Positions 12,101 through 24,100 of a stretch of DNA of 59,473 bases are shown piece after piece. Source of the DNA: Chiloscyllium plagiosum. Lineage: Eukaryota. The DNA is taken from NCBI RefSeq assembly GCF_004010195.1, contig NC_057717.1:106943945-107003417 (forward strand). The letters are read 5' to 3'. Position 1 is the first letter of the stretch. Every line of letters begins with the position of its first letter. Position numbers and translations under genes: made by a program. Below the pieces are notes generated by a model. That model searched no databases. It saw nothing but the letters and a program-made list of their open reading frames with translations, and had not been told where the DNA came from.

Positions 12101-15100
12101 ACACTGAGATCCTGTACAGAAGCAGGGGATACAGAAGACCTGAAAAGAAAACAGGCTATCAGTGCTCAGGAACAAGCCTGCACAAGCAGACGTGAATTGA
12201 GTTCAGCATGCACACCATTGAGAGAATGGAACCATCACTTGCTCGCTTCTGTCCCAGTCTTGTTTTGTAAGCATAGGATTAGATACAGAGTAGAAGAGAA
12301 AATGAGGTCTGCAGATGCTGGAGATCGGAGATGGAAGTGTGTTGCTGGAGAAGCGCAGCAGGTCAGGCAGCATTCTAGGGAACAGGAGAATCGACGTTTC
12401 GGTCTTTCCTGAAGAAGGGCTAATGCCCGAAACGTCGATTCTCCTGTTCCCTAGAATGCTGCCTGACCTGCTGCGCTTCTCCAGCAACACATTTCCATCT
12501 TAGATACAGAGTAAACATTCTCGCTACACTTTCCCATTAAAAACTCCCAAGACAGAAACAGCTAGGGGTTAGATACAGATCAAAGCTACCTCTACACTGT
12601 CCCTATCAAACACTCCCAGGACTGGTACAGCAGGAGTTAGATCCAGAGCAAAGCTGCCTCTACACTGTCACCATCAAACACTTCCAGGCTGGTACTAACA
12701 GGGGGTTAGATATAGAGCAAAGCTTTGTCCATTCTTTTCAACTGAAAGTATAGTTATCTCTACTCTTTGTCTGGAGACTCACTGAAGATGTTACGTAGTA
12801 TGGTGACGAAACATCCGAAAATGAATCTTCCAGCTCAGTGAGCCAACCTACATCCAGTAAAGCTCTGTCAAAACTGTCCCTATCAAACAATCCCAGAACA
12901 GAGACACCACAAGACGAGATAAAGAGTAAAACTCTCCCTACACTTGGATTAAATTAGAGATTAATCAGTAGCAATTTCATGCTGTGGTTACTTGGCTGCT
13001 GGGACATGACACAGACTGATAAACTCATTTCACATTTTTATCCTGTCAGTCTATGCTTGCTTAAAAATCTGCACCAGCTTACACTTACCTTCCACTAAGG
13101 TTACACACACATTCGCTGCTGGTATTTTTTTCCAGTTGAGTGTATACTCTGAATTTACCGGCATTTTATACCATTCCACCACAAACTCTTCAGGAGTTGC
13201 ATTGGCTGGTGGCTCCCAAAACACCTGTACTGAGCGGTTCCTGCTGTGAACTGTCATATTGAATGGTGGCGGAAAGCCTGATCAAAATAAGCAATACAAA
13301 TAAGTTCACTTTGGAATTCTAGCTGACACCCTGCTCCCACCCCCACCATCCCACTCCACTAAATTCCTTGCCCCTATGAAGGTGCATGGCTCAGTCTCAT
13401 GGTGCTGCTGTGATTGTCTGTTATATGCAGCGTGCAACGGAACCAGTGGATATACTTGCAACCACTGTTTGTCATATTCACTTTTACTGGTATCTGAAAC
13501 TCCATGTGTAGAGGGAAATGTAGTGCATGTTTGTCATGGTGTAGTGATAATACACTGGTGTTAGTGATCTAGCTAATGGTCTGGGGACATGGGTTTTAAT
13601 CCCATCATGGCAGTGCAGTTGACTCTTAACAGCCCTGTGAATTTTCCTTGGAAAACCACTGTGTTCAAGGGCGGTTTGGAATGGTAATAATCACCCCCAT
13701 GCCATGAAAGAATAAAAGCAGGTACAATTTCTTATACACGTGTGCAAGAGGCAGTGATGTGTACACAACTACTGTTCTCTCAACACATTTAAATAGGCCT
13801 TTGATATCTGTTTGAGGTACAGTTCACCCTGCGCACTGTGTACATCTCTGTGTTTATGTTTACCTGCTATGAGGTTGAGTATGGCTGGCTGAGTTGCTCC
13901 AACAGAGTTGTGTGCAGTGACGTTCACCCATTGAGTGGTCCTTGGAAGGTTGAGACTACAGCAGGCAGTCGATGATATTGCTTCCTCTGTTGTCATTTCT
14001 CTGTAGACCACTGAGTATTTCTGAATTATTCCTCTTGCTTGATGTTGTTCAAGACGCTGCAAACCCACACCCCCCAAATAAATTATCATACTTGGATCTA
14101 GTGATGGGTTTGAATGTTGGAAGTTAGAAATTCATGTGTTTGAGTTAGAGAAGGGTCAGAAGGATGAGATGTTCAAATCTTGAATGAGAAATGGAGTTTG
14201 AGGAGCTGAATGCTTTAAGCCAGTGTCTGTGTTTGGACAGGTATCAGAGATCAGAGTGACAGGTAGAATGTGCAGCCATTGCCATGTGATCCACATGGTG
14301 AAATGTTGGAGAAATCAGAGCTGGAAGGAATTAAGCCACATCCAATGGCACACACAGCAGCTCAGATAGAGTCACCTCAGTAAACCATGAAAATATTGTT
14401 GGGTGTAGCTGAGGGAGGTGGGGAATTAGACTGGGACCTTCAGAAAATTAGGAAGAGTGATGATTGATAGACGAAGCAGAGTATTAACATATGTCTGGGT
14501 AAGTCTAGAATTATTGGAACAGAAGTGAATCATGAAGGTCAGTACAGTTGGAGATTTGAGGGCATTAGCCAAGGACACAGTCTGAGAGCTGATTAGTAGC
14601 TGTAGTAGCAGAACACAGACAGACTTGCAGGGTTTCTCAAGCAACAGATTACCAAAGAACATAGACCACGTCAAATGTAACCCAGACGGTGATATGATAT
14701 TGAACATTTTCTCTAGCAATGTGAACTTCCAGACTGGGAGATTTGAGCAGCCCAGAGTTCCTTCTACTTTAGGAGAAAGTGAGGTCTGCAGATGCTGGAG
14801 ATCAGAGCTGAAGATGTGTTGCTGGAAAAGCGCAGCAGGTCAGGCAGCATCCAAGGAGCAGGAGAATCGACATTTCGGGCATAAGCCCTTCTCCAAGAAT
14901 GAGGAAAGTGTGCCAAGCAGGCTAAGATAAAAGGTAGGGAGGAGGGATTTGGGGGAGGGGCGTTGGAAATGCGAAAGGTGGAAGGAGGTTAAGGTGAGGG
15001 TGATAATGTNNNNNNNNNNNNNNNNNNNNNNNNNNNNNNNNNNNNNNNNNNNNNNNNNNNNNNNNNNNNNNNNNNNNNNNNNNNNNNNNNNNNNNNNNNN

Positions 15101-18100
15101 NNNNNNNNNNNNNNNNNNNNNNNNNNNNNNNNNNNNNNNNNNNNNNNNNNNNNNNNNNNNNNNNNNNNNNNNNNNNNNNNNNNNNNNNNNNNNNNNNNNN
15201 NNNNNNNNNNNNNNNNNNNNNNNNNNNNNNNNNNNNNNNNNNNNNNNNNNNNNNNNNNNNNNNNNNNNNNNNNNNNNNNNNNNNNNNNNNNNNNNNNNNN
15301 NNNNNNNNNNNNNNNNNNNNNNNNNNNNNNNNNNNNNNNNNNNNNNNNNNNNNNNNNNNNNNNNNNNNNNNNNNNNNNNNNNNNNNNNNNNNNNNNNNNN
15401 NNNNNNNNNNNNNNNNNNNNNNNNNNNNNNNNNNNNNNNNNNNNNNNNNNNNNNNNNNNNNNNNNNNNNNNNNNNNNNNNNNNNNNNNNNNNNNNNNNNN
15501 NNNNNNNNNNNNNNNNNNNNNNNNNNNNNNNNNNNNNNNNNNNNNNNNNNNNNNNNNNNNNNNNNNNNATCCACACACTCCCACAGTCCCCACACTTCCA
15601 CACAGTCCCAGACTCCCGCACAGTCCCCACGCTCCCAGACAGTCCCCATTCTCCCAGACAGTCCCCACACTCCCACAAAGTCCCCACGCTCCCACACAGT
15701 CCCCACGCTCCCACACAATCCCCACATTCCCACACTGTCCATACACTCCCACACTGTCCATACACTCCCACAAAGTCCCCACGCTCCCACACAATCCCCA
15801 CACTCTCACACAGTCCATATACTCCCACACAATCCCCATGCTCCCACACTGTCCATACACTCCCACACAGTCCCCACACTCCCACACAGTCCATATACTC
15901 CCACACAGTCCATATACTCCCACACAGTACCCATGCTCCCACACAGTCCATGCACTCCCATACAGTCCCCACACTCCGACACAGTCCACACGCTCCCACA
16001 CAGTCCCCACTCTCTCACACAGTTCCCACGCTGTCACACCGTCCCCATGCTACCACACAGTCCACACACTCCCACACAGTCCACACATTCCCACACAGTC
16101 CACACACTCCCACACAATCCCCACACTCCCACACAGTCTATAAACTCCCACACAGTCCCATACAGTTCCCACGCTCACACGCAGTTCCCACACTCACACT
16201 CAGTCCCCACACTCCAACACAATCCCCACGCTCCCACACAGTCCTCACATACCCACACAGTCCTCACACACCCACACAGTCCATACACTCCCACACAGTC
16301 CCCACACTCCAACATAGTCCATTCGCTCCCCCACAGTCCATGCACTCCCACACAGTCCATACACTCCCACACAGTCCATGCACTCCCACACAGTCCATGC
16401 ACTCCCACACAGTCCATCCACTCCCACACAGTCCACACGCTCCCACACAGTCCACACGCTCCCACACAGTCCACACGCTCCCACACAGTCCACATACTCC
16501 CACACAGTCCCCACACACCCACACACACACAGTCCACACGCTCTCACACAGTTCCCACGCTCTCACACAGTCCCCACACTACCACACAGTCCATACACTC
16601 CCACACAGTCCCCACACAATCCCCATGCTCCCACACAGTCCACACAATCCCCACACTCCCACAGTCCCCACACTTCCACACAGTCCCAGACTCCCGCACA
16701 GTCCCCATTCTCCCAGACAGTCCCCACGCTCCCAGACAATCCCCACGCTCCCACACAATCCCCACGGTCCCACACAGTCCCCACGCTCCCACACAGTCCA
16801 TACACTCCTTCACTGTCCATACACTCCCACACAGTCCCCACGTTCCCACACAGTTCATACACTCGCACACAATCCCCACGCTCCCATACTGTCCATAACT
16901 CCCACACTGTCCATACACTCCCACACTGTCCATACACTCCCACNNNNNNNNNNNNNNNNNNNNNNNNNNNNNNNNNNNNNNNNNNNNNNNNNNNNNNNNN
17001 NNNNNNNNNNNNNNNNNNNNNNNNNNNNNNNNNNNNNNNNNNNNNNNNNNNNNNNNNNNNNNNNNNNNNNNNNNNNNNNNNNNNNNNNNNNNNNNNNNNN
17101 NNNNNNNNNNNNNNNNNNNNNNNNNNNNNNNNNNNNNNNNNNNNNNNNNNNNNNNNNNNNNNNNNNNNNNNNNNNNNNNNNNNNNNNNNNNNNNNNNNNN
17201 NNNNNNNNNNNNNNNNNNNNNNNNNNNNNNNNNNNNNNNNNNNNNNNNNNNNNNNNNNNNNNNNNNNNNNNNNNNNNNNNNNNNNNNNNNNNNNNNNNNN
17301 NNNNNNNNNNNNNNNNNNNNNNNNNNNNNNNNNNNNNNNNNNNNNNNNNNNNNNNNNNNNNNNNNNNNNNNNNNNNNNNNNNNNNNNNNNNNNNNNNNNN
17401 NNNNNNNNNNNNNNNNNNNNNNNNNNNNNNNNNNNNNNNNNNNGGGTGTGGGTGATATCAGAGAGTGTTACAGTGAGAGGTGTGGGTGATATCAGAGAGT
17501 GTTACAGTGAGGGATGTGGGTGATATCAGAGAGTGTTACAGTGAGGGATGTGGGTGATATCAGAGAGTATTACAGTGAGAGGTGTGGGTGATATCAGAGA
17601 GTATTACAGTGAGGTGTGTGGGTGATATCAGAGAGTGTTACAGTGAGGTGTGTGGGTGATATCAGAGAGTGTTACAGTGAGAGGTGTGGGTAATATCAGA
17701 GAGTGTTACAGTGAGAGGTGTGGGTAATATCAGAGAGTGTTACAGTGAGGGGTATGGGTGATATCAGAGAGTGTTACAGTGAGGGATGTGGGTGATATCA
17801 GAGAGTATTACAGTGAGAGGTGTGGGTGATATCAGAGAGTGTTACAGTGAGGGGTGTGGAGTATATCAGCGTGTTACAGCGAGGGGTGTGGAGTATATCA
17901 GCGTGTTACAGTGAGGGATGACAGATTGTAATCTGTATTGTTATGGATGTCCACTTACTGTCTTCCGAAGTTCGAATGCTGGACACAGCACTCCATTCAC
18001 TCCACAGTCTCCTATTTGTCTCCCCTTCCCGTGCACATTGTACCCGAATCTCATAGACTGTGAATGGCTGCAGATCCTCCAACTCGTAAGTTGTTGAATG

Positions 18101-21100
18101 GATTCCAATTTCATCCTGTGAAATCTTTAATGTAATGTAGCAAATGTGGTTATTTTCTGGAGAACTCTGTATAGGGAGGAGCTCCCTGTTAACCTTCACA
18201 GTTTGTTTTGTGATGTGGAGGAGCAGGTGTCAGACTGGGGAGGACAAAGTTAAAAATCACACAACACCAGGTTACAGTCCAACAGGTTTATTCGGAAGTA
18301 CTAGGTTTGGGAGCGACGCTCCTTCATCAGGTAGCTAGTGGGGTAGGATCATTGGACATAGAATTGAGAGTAAACAATCAAATTGTCAAATAACTGATCC
18401 GATGTATTGAACAAACTTAGATTGTTGTTCAGTCTTTAATCACTTAGAATGGGGATGCAGGTTTCAATTCATTAATATGTGAATCCCAGAACTTCTTTCA
18501 AATCACAGTCTGGAGATAACAACGTTTTATCAAAAAGGTGACATCTCAGCTCAGACAATGCATTAAAGCTGTGAGGTTAGAGTCTGTCTGTATCCCAATC
18601 TTGAGTCAGACTGATTCTATTTCCAAAATAGTAATTTATAAAATGAAACATGGACTGACTGCCTACAGATTGGCTGCTTTTTGAGCAAAATAGAATGTAT
18701 CTGCAAAGGCAAATCTGAAAATACAAATTCACCCTACAGACTTATATGTGTGTGTTCTAAGTGATTAAGATTCAACAGCAATCTAGGTTTGTTCAATACA
18801 TTGCATCAATTGTATGACACTTTGATCTTTTACTCTAAACTTTGTGACTTATGATCCTGCCCCACTAGCTACCTGCTGAAGGCTTGTACTTCCAAATAAA
18901 CCTGTTGGACTATAACCTGGTGTTGTGTGATTTTTAACTTTTTTATGTGTCAGTATCCGAGTGAGTGGGCAATTCCTTCTGATCAGTTATTAAACTGTGT
19001 AATTTTTGAAAGCTGTCAGCCTCTACTTTGCTCACTGAGTACAGAAGTAGGTTAGGTGATATTTTGGTCCATCTCTACAGTGACATCTTCCTCACCAGTA
19101 GCAGCACAGAGATTCCCGCTGGCTCCAGTGAATCCAGTGGGGGACTCTGCATGGGTCTGTGCAACAGTGTGAATTGGAAAAGGAAGGACGGGAGAGAAGC
19201 TGCTGCTGTCAGGATTGAAAGTGAGAGGGCCACCTTTCAGGTGACCCATGGGTTCTTGTTTGAGGGATGCATGGCCCAGGTCTTGGGGCCTCCACCTCAG
19301 AAGACCAATGATTCAGGAACAAGTAAAACCAAAAAGAAACTTAGTGGGTCTTGCAGCATCTAATGAATGAGAGACATTAACATTTTTTCCAATGCAATAT
19401 GCCTCTTCTTCAGAACCTAGGTTTTTATTTCACATTTCCAGTGATTTTGCCTTTATTCATAGAGTTCAGGAGCATCGATTACAGGTGGAATTCAAGTCGT
19501 GTACATTGTGCTTAGACAATAGCTAAATGCAAGATGTATGTGATTCGCTGCACCGCACATGTCTGATAACCTTCAGACAAGCCAGCAGCAGTGACTTGTC
19601 TGGATAAACCCGCAGGTTCCAGATTTCAGGAAATGATTAGATTCCCTACAGTGTGTAAACAGGCCCTTCGGCCCAACAAGTCCACACCGACCCGCCGAAG
19701 AGCAACCCACCCAGACCCATTTCCCTACACCTAACACTATAGACAATTTAGCATGGCCAATTCACCGAACCTGCACATCTTTAGACTGTGGGAGGAAACC
19801 GGAGCACCCAGAGGAAACCCAAGCAGACACAGGGGGAATGTGCAAACTCCACACAGACAGTTGCCCGAGGCGGAAATTGAATCTGGGTCCCTGGTGCTGC
19901 GAGGCAGCAGTGCTAACCACTGGGCCACCATGCCGCCCTGATGCTGAGAAAATTGGGGCTTGTGTGATATCATTTGTCAATTTAAAAGCTGTTTCAGCAT
20001 TGACAACCTTGTCAGTCTCACATGATGTGACTGGGCTCAAGTCTCTGATGATACCAATCAGATATTTGTAAAACATGGAGGCTCACTTCAAATCAGCAAT
20101 TCGTTTTGCTGGAATACCTCAGTGAAGTGACTCTGCGTGGGAATGTCACCTACATGATTAGGAGAGTCATTGTAAGATCAGAAAATCAGACAAGGCCCTT
20201 CAAGAATATAAAGGAAGCAGGCAAGAAACAGGAATTAGGATGAAAAGGGCCCAGGAAATGCCCTTGGCAAATAGGATTCAGGAGAATCCCAGGGCATCTT
20301 ACACATATAGTGGGAGCAAGAGGGCAGGTAGGTACACTCAAGGACAAAGGAAGGAACTTATGCATAGAGTGAGAGGAAGTGAAAACTTCACATTGGTATT
20401 TACCAAGGAGCAGGACACGGATGAGGGTAAGATTAGGATGGGGTATGTTGATATTCTAGGACCTGTCGATAGATAACTCCCCAGAGCCCTTGGGATCTAT
20501 CCCAGGATACTGAGGGAGGCAAGAGAGGAGATTGCTGGGGCCTTGACAAAGATCTTTATATCCTCTTTAACCACTGCTAAGGTTCCAGACTGGAGAATAG
20601 CTAATGTTGTTCCTTTGCTTAAGAAGGGCAACAGGGATAATCCAGGAAATTATAGGTCAGTGAGTCTTACATCAGTGGTAGGGAAATAATTGGAGAGACT
20701 TTTAGGTAGAGGATTTATTCACATTTGGATGACAGATGAGGTGAAGCATTTGGGAGGTCAAATGCAAGAGGAAAGGATACCGTAAATGGCAGAATCCTTA
20801 GGAACAGAGGGATCTTGGGCTGCAAGTCCATTTCCTGTGTGGTACTAGGATAAAAGGTCGACACAACATCGAGGGCTGAAGAGCCTGTACTGTGCTGTAC
20901 TGTTCTATGTTCGATGATCTGTTGGGGTTTATCACCCAGCCTGTGTTTATCATACCTTGCTGTCACTTGCTACTCTCACCATCTAAAGAGCACACCAATA
21001 CTTGACTCCCTTAAAGGGCTCAAACAGATAGGGCAAAGACTGACTTACCTCAGTCCAGAAAAAGTCACCTACAACTCTGTACTGAAGCTTAAACTGGAGG

Positions 21101-24100
21101 GTTTTTGATGAATCGAGGTTGTTGGGTTTCTGCCATGTAATAAATATGGATTTTGAAGTGTTCGGTGTCAATTCTCCAGTCACAGCAGCTGGAGACAGAG
21201 GCTTCACTAAAGGAACAATACAGCAGTTTCAGAAAGTGTAAGCAGTTGGAAAGACAGCCATTACCATTGACTACATCTATTCCAACCCAAGACTGGCTCT
21301 TCAATAATTTGAGCCATCTGGCTCCAGATTCCATCACTGCATCTGCATGAAACCTCACTAACTCATCATGATCAAGACAGAAGCCAGCCAGGATTACCAT
21401 ACTATAGCTGTTGAGGTAAGGCAATATTTTTACCTTTGAAAGTATGGACTTTTAGCCCAATGAGAGTCAGTCTGTGTGAAAACTGTATCCCAGTCAGTGT
21501 CAGTGTATGTTGAATTGTACCACACTCTTGATAGTACCAAGAGACACTATCTGCGGAACCTGTATCCCAGTATTAGTCAGCATGTGGGCAATTCATACCT
21601 CTATGAGAGCCAGGCTGGGTGTTGAATTATACTTCAGTGAGAATCAGTGTGTGTAGATCTGCATTCCAGTGAGTGTCAGTATGTGTTGGATCATACCCTA
21701 GTGAGAAATCAATGTATGTGGGACCTATACCACAGTGAGAGGAAGAGTTACAGGCTATTGAATGTTTGTGAGTAAAGTTGTTGTTTAGTGTGACCAGGGC
21801 TATGTGGTTGGTTGTTAGCCAGAGTTGATAGAGTTCACCTGACCTCCCCATCAAATTTCACCCTTACAGATATGCAGCCAAATCACTCTCAGCTCAGTTC
21901 AAATCCTGGTCACAGGGATGATAGATAAAAGTTTAGTCCACTCTGCAAATGAGTTCCCTCACTGAATTGACACAAAAATGGCTAAAGTGCCTGGTACAGT
22001 TATCCAAAGGTCTTTTGTTTAGCTAGTTGTGCATTGTGTGACAGAAATGCTAACCATTGATTATGACAACAATCTCTGTACCTATGTCATCAATGATGAA
22101 TTCCAGTCTTTTTAAGCTTTCCTCTCTCTCTGTGCCACTGGTCTTTACCCAGGCAACGTAGGTTCTTCCTGCAGTGAATTGCTTCCTCTCCAACATCAAT
22201 GAATGTAAACAGGTCGATATTTCAGTTGGGTCAGTGCTGTGGGAAGAAGAGTAGGCCATCAATGTGCTTGAAAGGATTCCTCCAAACTCAAGCAGCACAG
22301 ACAGTTATACTGCTCACTTGTTCCAAGACAGGTTGTTAATGGCCACAGGATCTAGCAAGAGTTGGCCAATTCCTGCATAAATCGTGCCCCCCCAGGTTTC
22401 GAAAATCTCAAAGTTCAAAACAGTAGGTAAAAAGTGTAGTTAGGTAAAAATAGGAAGAGACTTGAACCATTTACTCTCAAGCCTTTTCACTGTCCAACTA
22501 GATGATGACTAATCTGTCATCTCAGTCCCAAGCTGTCTAGCGAACATTCATCAAACTCTTGACTTGAATTTTTCAATTGCCCCCAGCCTCAACAACTTTC
22601 TCAGGGGCAGAGTTCCACATTTCTCCTTCCCTTTGTCTGAATAAGTACTTCCTGATGTTATCCTGGTATTTCTGAGTAAAGAGAAGACCTGGTGGGGAGA
22701 AGACCAAAATTGGAGGTGTAGTGGACAGCAAAGAAGGTTACCTCAGATTACAATGGGATCTTGATCAGACGGGCCAATGGGCTGAGGGTAGCAGATGGAG
22801 TTTAATTTAGATAAATGTGAGGTGCTGCATTTTGGAAGAGCAAATCAGAGCAGGACTTATACACTTAACGAGAAGTTCCTAGGGAGTGTTACTGAACAAA
22901 GACATCTTGGAGTGCAGGTTCATAGCTCTTTGAAAGTAAGGCCACAGGTAGATAGGATAATGAAGAAGGCGTTTGGTATGTTTTCCTTTATTGGTCAGAG
23001 TATTGAGTACAGGAGTTGGGAGGTCATATTGCAACTGTACAGGTCATTGGTTAGGCCACTTTTGGAATATTGCGTGCAATTCTGGTCTCCTTCCTATCGG
23101 AAGGATGTTGTGAAAGGGTTCAGAAAAGATTTACAAGGATGTTGCCAGGGTTGGAGGGCTTGATCTATAGGGAGAGGCTGAACAGGCTGGGGCTGTTTTC
23201 CCTGGAGCATCAGAGGCTGAGAGATTTATAATTTTTTTAAAAAATACATTGCATCAGTTGTGTGACAGTTCTTTAACTATAAATTCTGTGTCCTGTGATC
23301 CTGTCCCACTTTCTGATGAAGGAGCAGTGCTCCAAAAGCTTGTATTTCCAAATAAACCTGCTGGACTATAACCTGGTGTTGTGTGATTTTTAACTTTGTA
23401 CACCCTGTGTTATCAAGTTCCACACGGTCTCTCTTGTAAAGGCATTTGTCCTAAATTCCCTACTGGATTCATTTGCCATCTTATATTGGTGCTCCCAGAT
23501 CTCGTCTTGGTTACAACTGGAAACATCTTCCATTATATTAACCCCAAACTCCCCCACAATTTTGAAGACCTCGATTTGGTCTCTTAGAGTCATAGAGACG
23601 TACAGCATGGAAAAAACCCTTCGGTCCACCTCACCCAACTAGATATCCTAAACTAATCTAGTTCCATTTTCCAGCACTTGGTCCATATCCTTCTAAGGTT
23701 AGAGTGGTGCTGGAAAAGCACAGCAGTTCAGGCAGCATCCAAGGAGCACGAAACATCAATTTTCCTGCTCCTTGGATGCTGCCTGAACTGCTGTGCTTTT
23801 CCAGCACCACTCTAATCTAGGATCTGGTTTCCAGCATCTGCAGTCCTTGTTTTTACCATATCATTCTCAACCCTTGCTATTCATATATCCATCCAGATGC
23901 CTTTTAAATGCTGCAATTGTACCAGCTCCACCATTTCCTCTGACAGCTCATTCCATACACACACCACCCTCTGTGTGAAAAAGTTGCCCCTTAGGACCCT
24001 TTTATATCTTTCCCCTCTCACCCTAAACCTATACCCTCTAGTTTTGGACTCCCCAACCCAGGGAAAAGACCTTGTCTATTTATCCTATCCATGCCCCTCA

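Noticed and set aside
11858..12175. 105-aa Cys-containing ORF in the track
   Set aside because: Wrong-frame reading over the real 102-bp receptor exon.
14840..17523. Long ORFs rich in H/T/P/S or C/G/V/W
   Set aside because: Artefacts of N runs and the stop-free 18-bp minisatellite.
17444..17915. Regular 34-bp repeats resembling a CRISPR array
   Set aside because: No unique spacers, no cas genes, vertebrate context; an ordinary minisatellite.
19028..19363. Non-repetitive stretch with ORFs on both strands; candidate PDE4 super-short first exon
   Set aside because: No resemblance to recalled PDE4A1 (MPLVDFFC) or PDE4B5/D6 (MPEANYLL) N-termini and no convincing splice donor.
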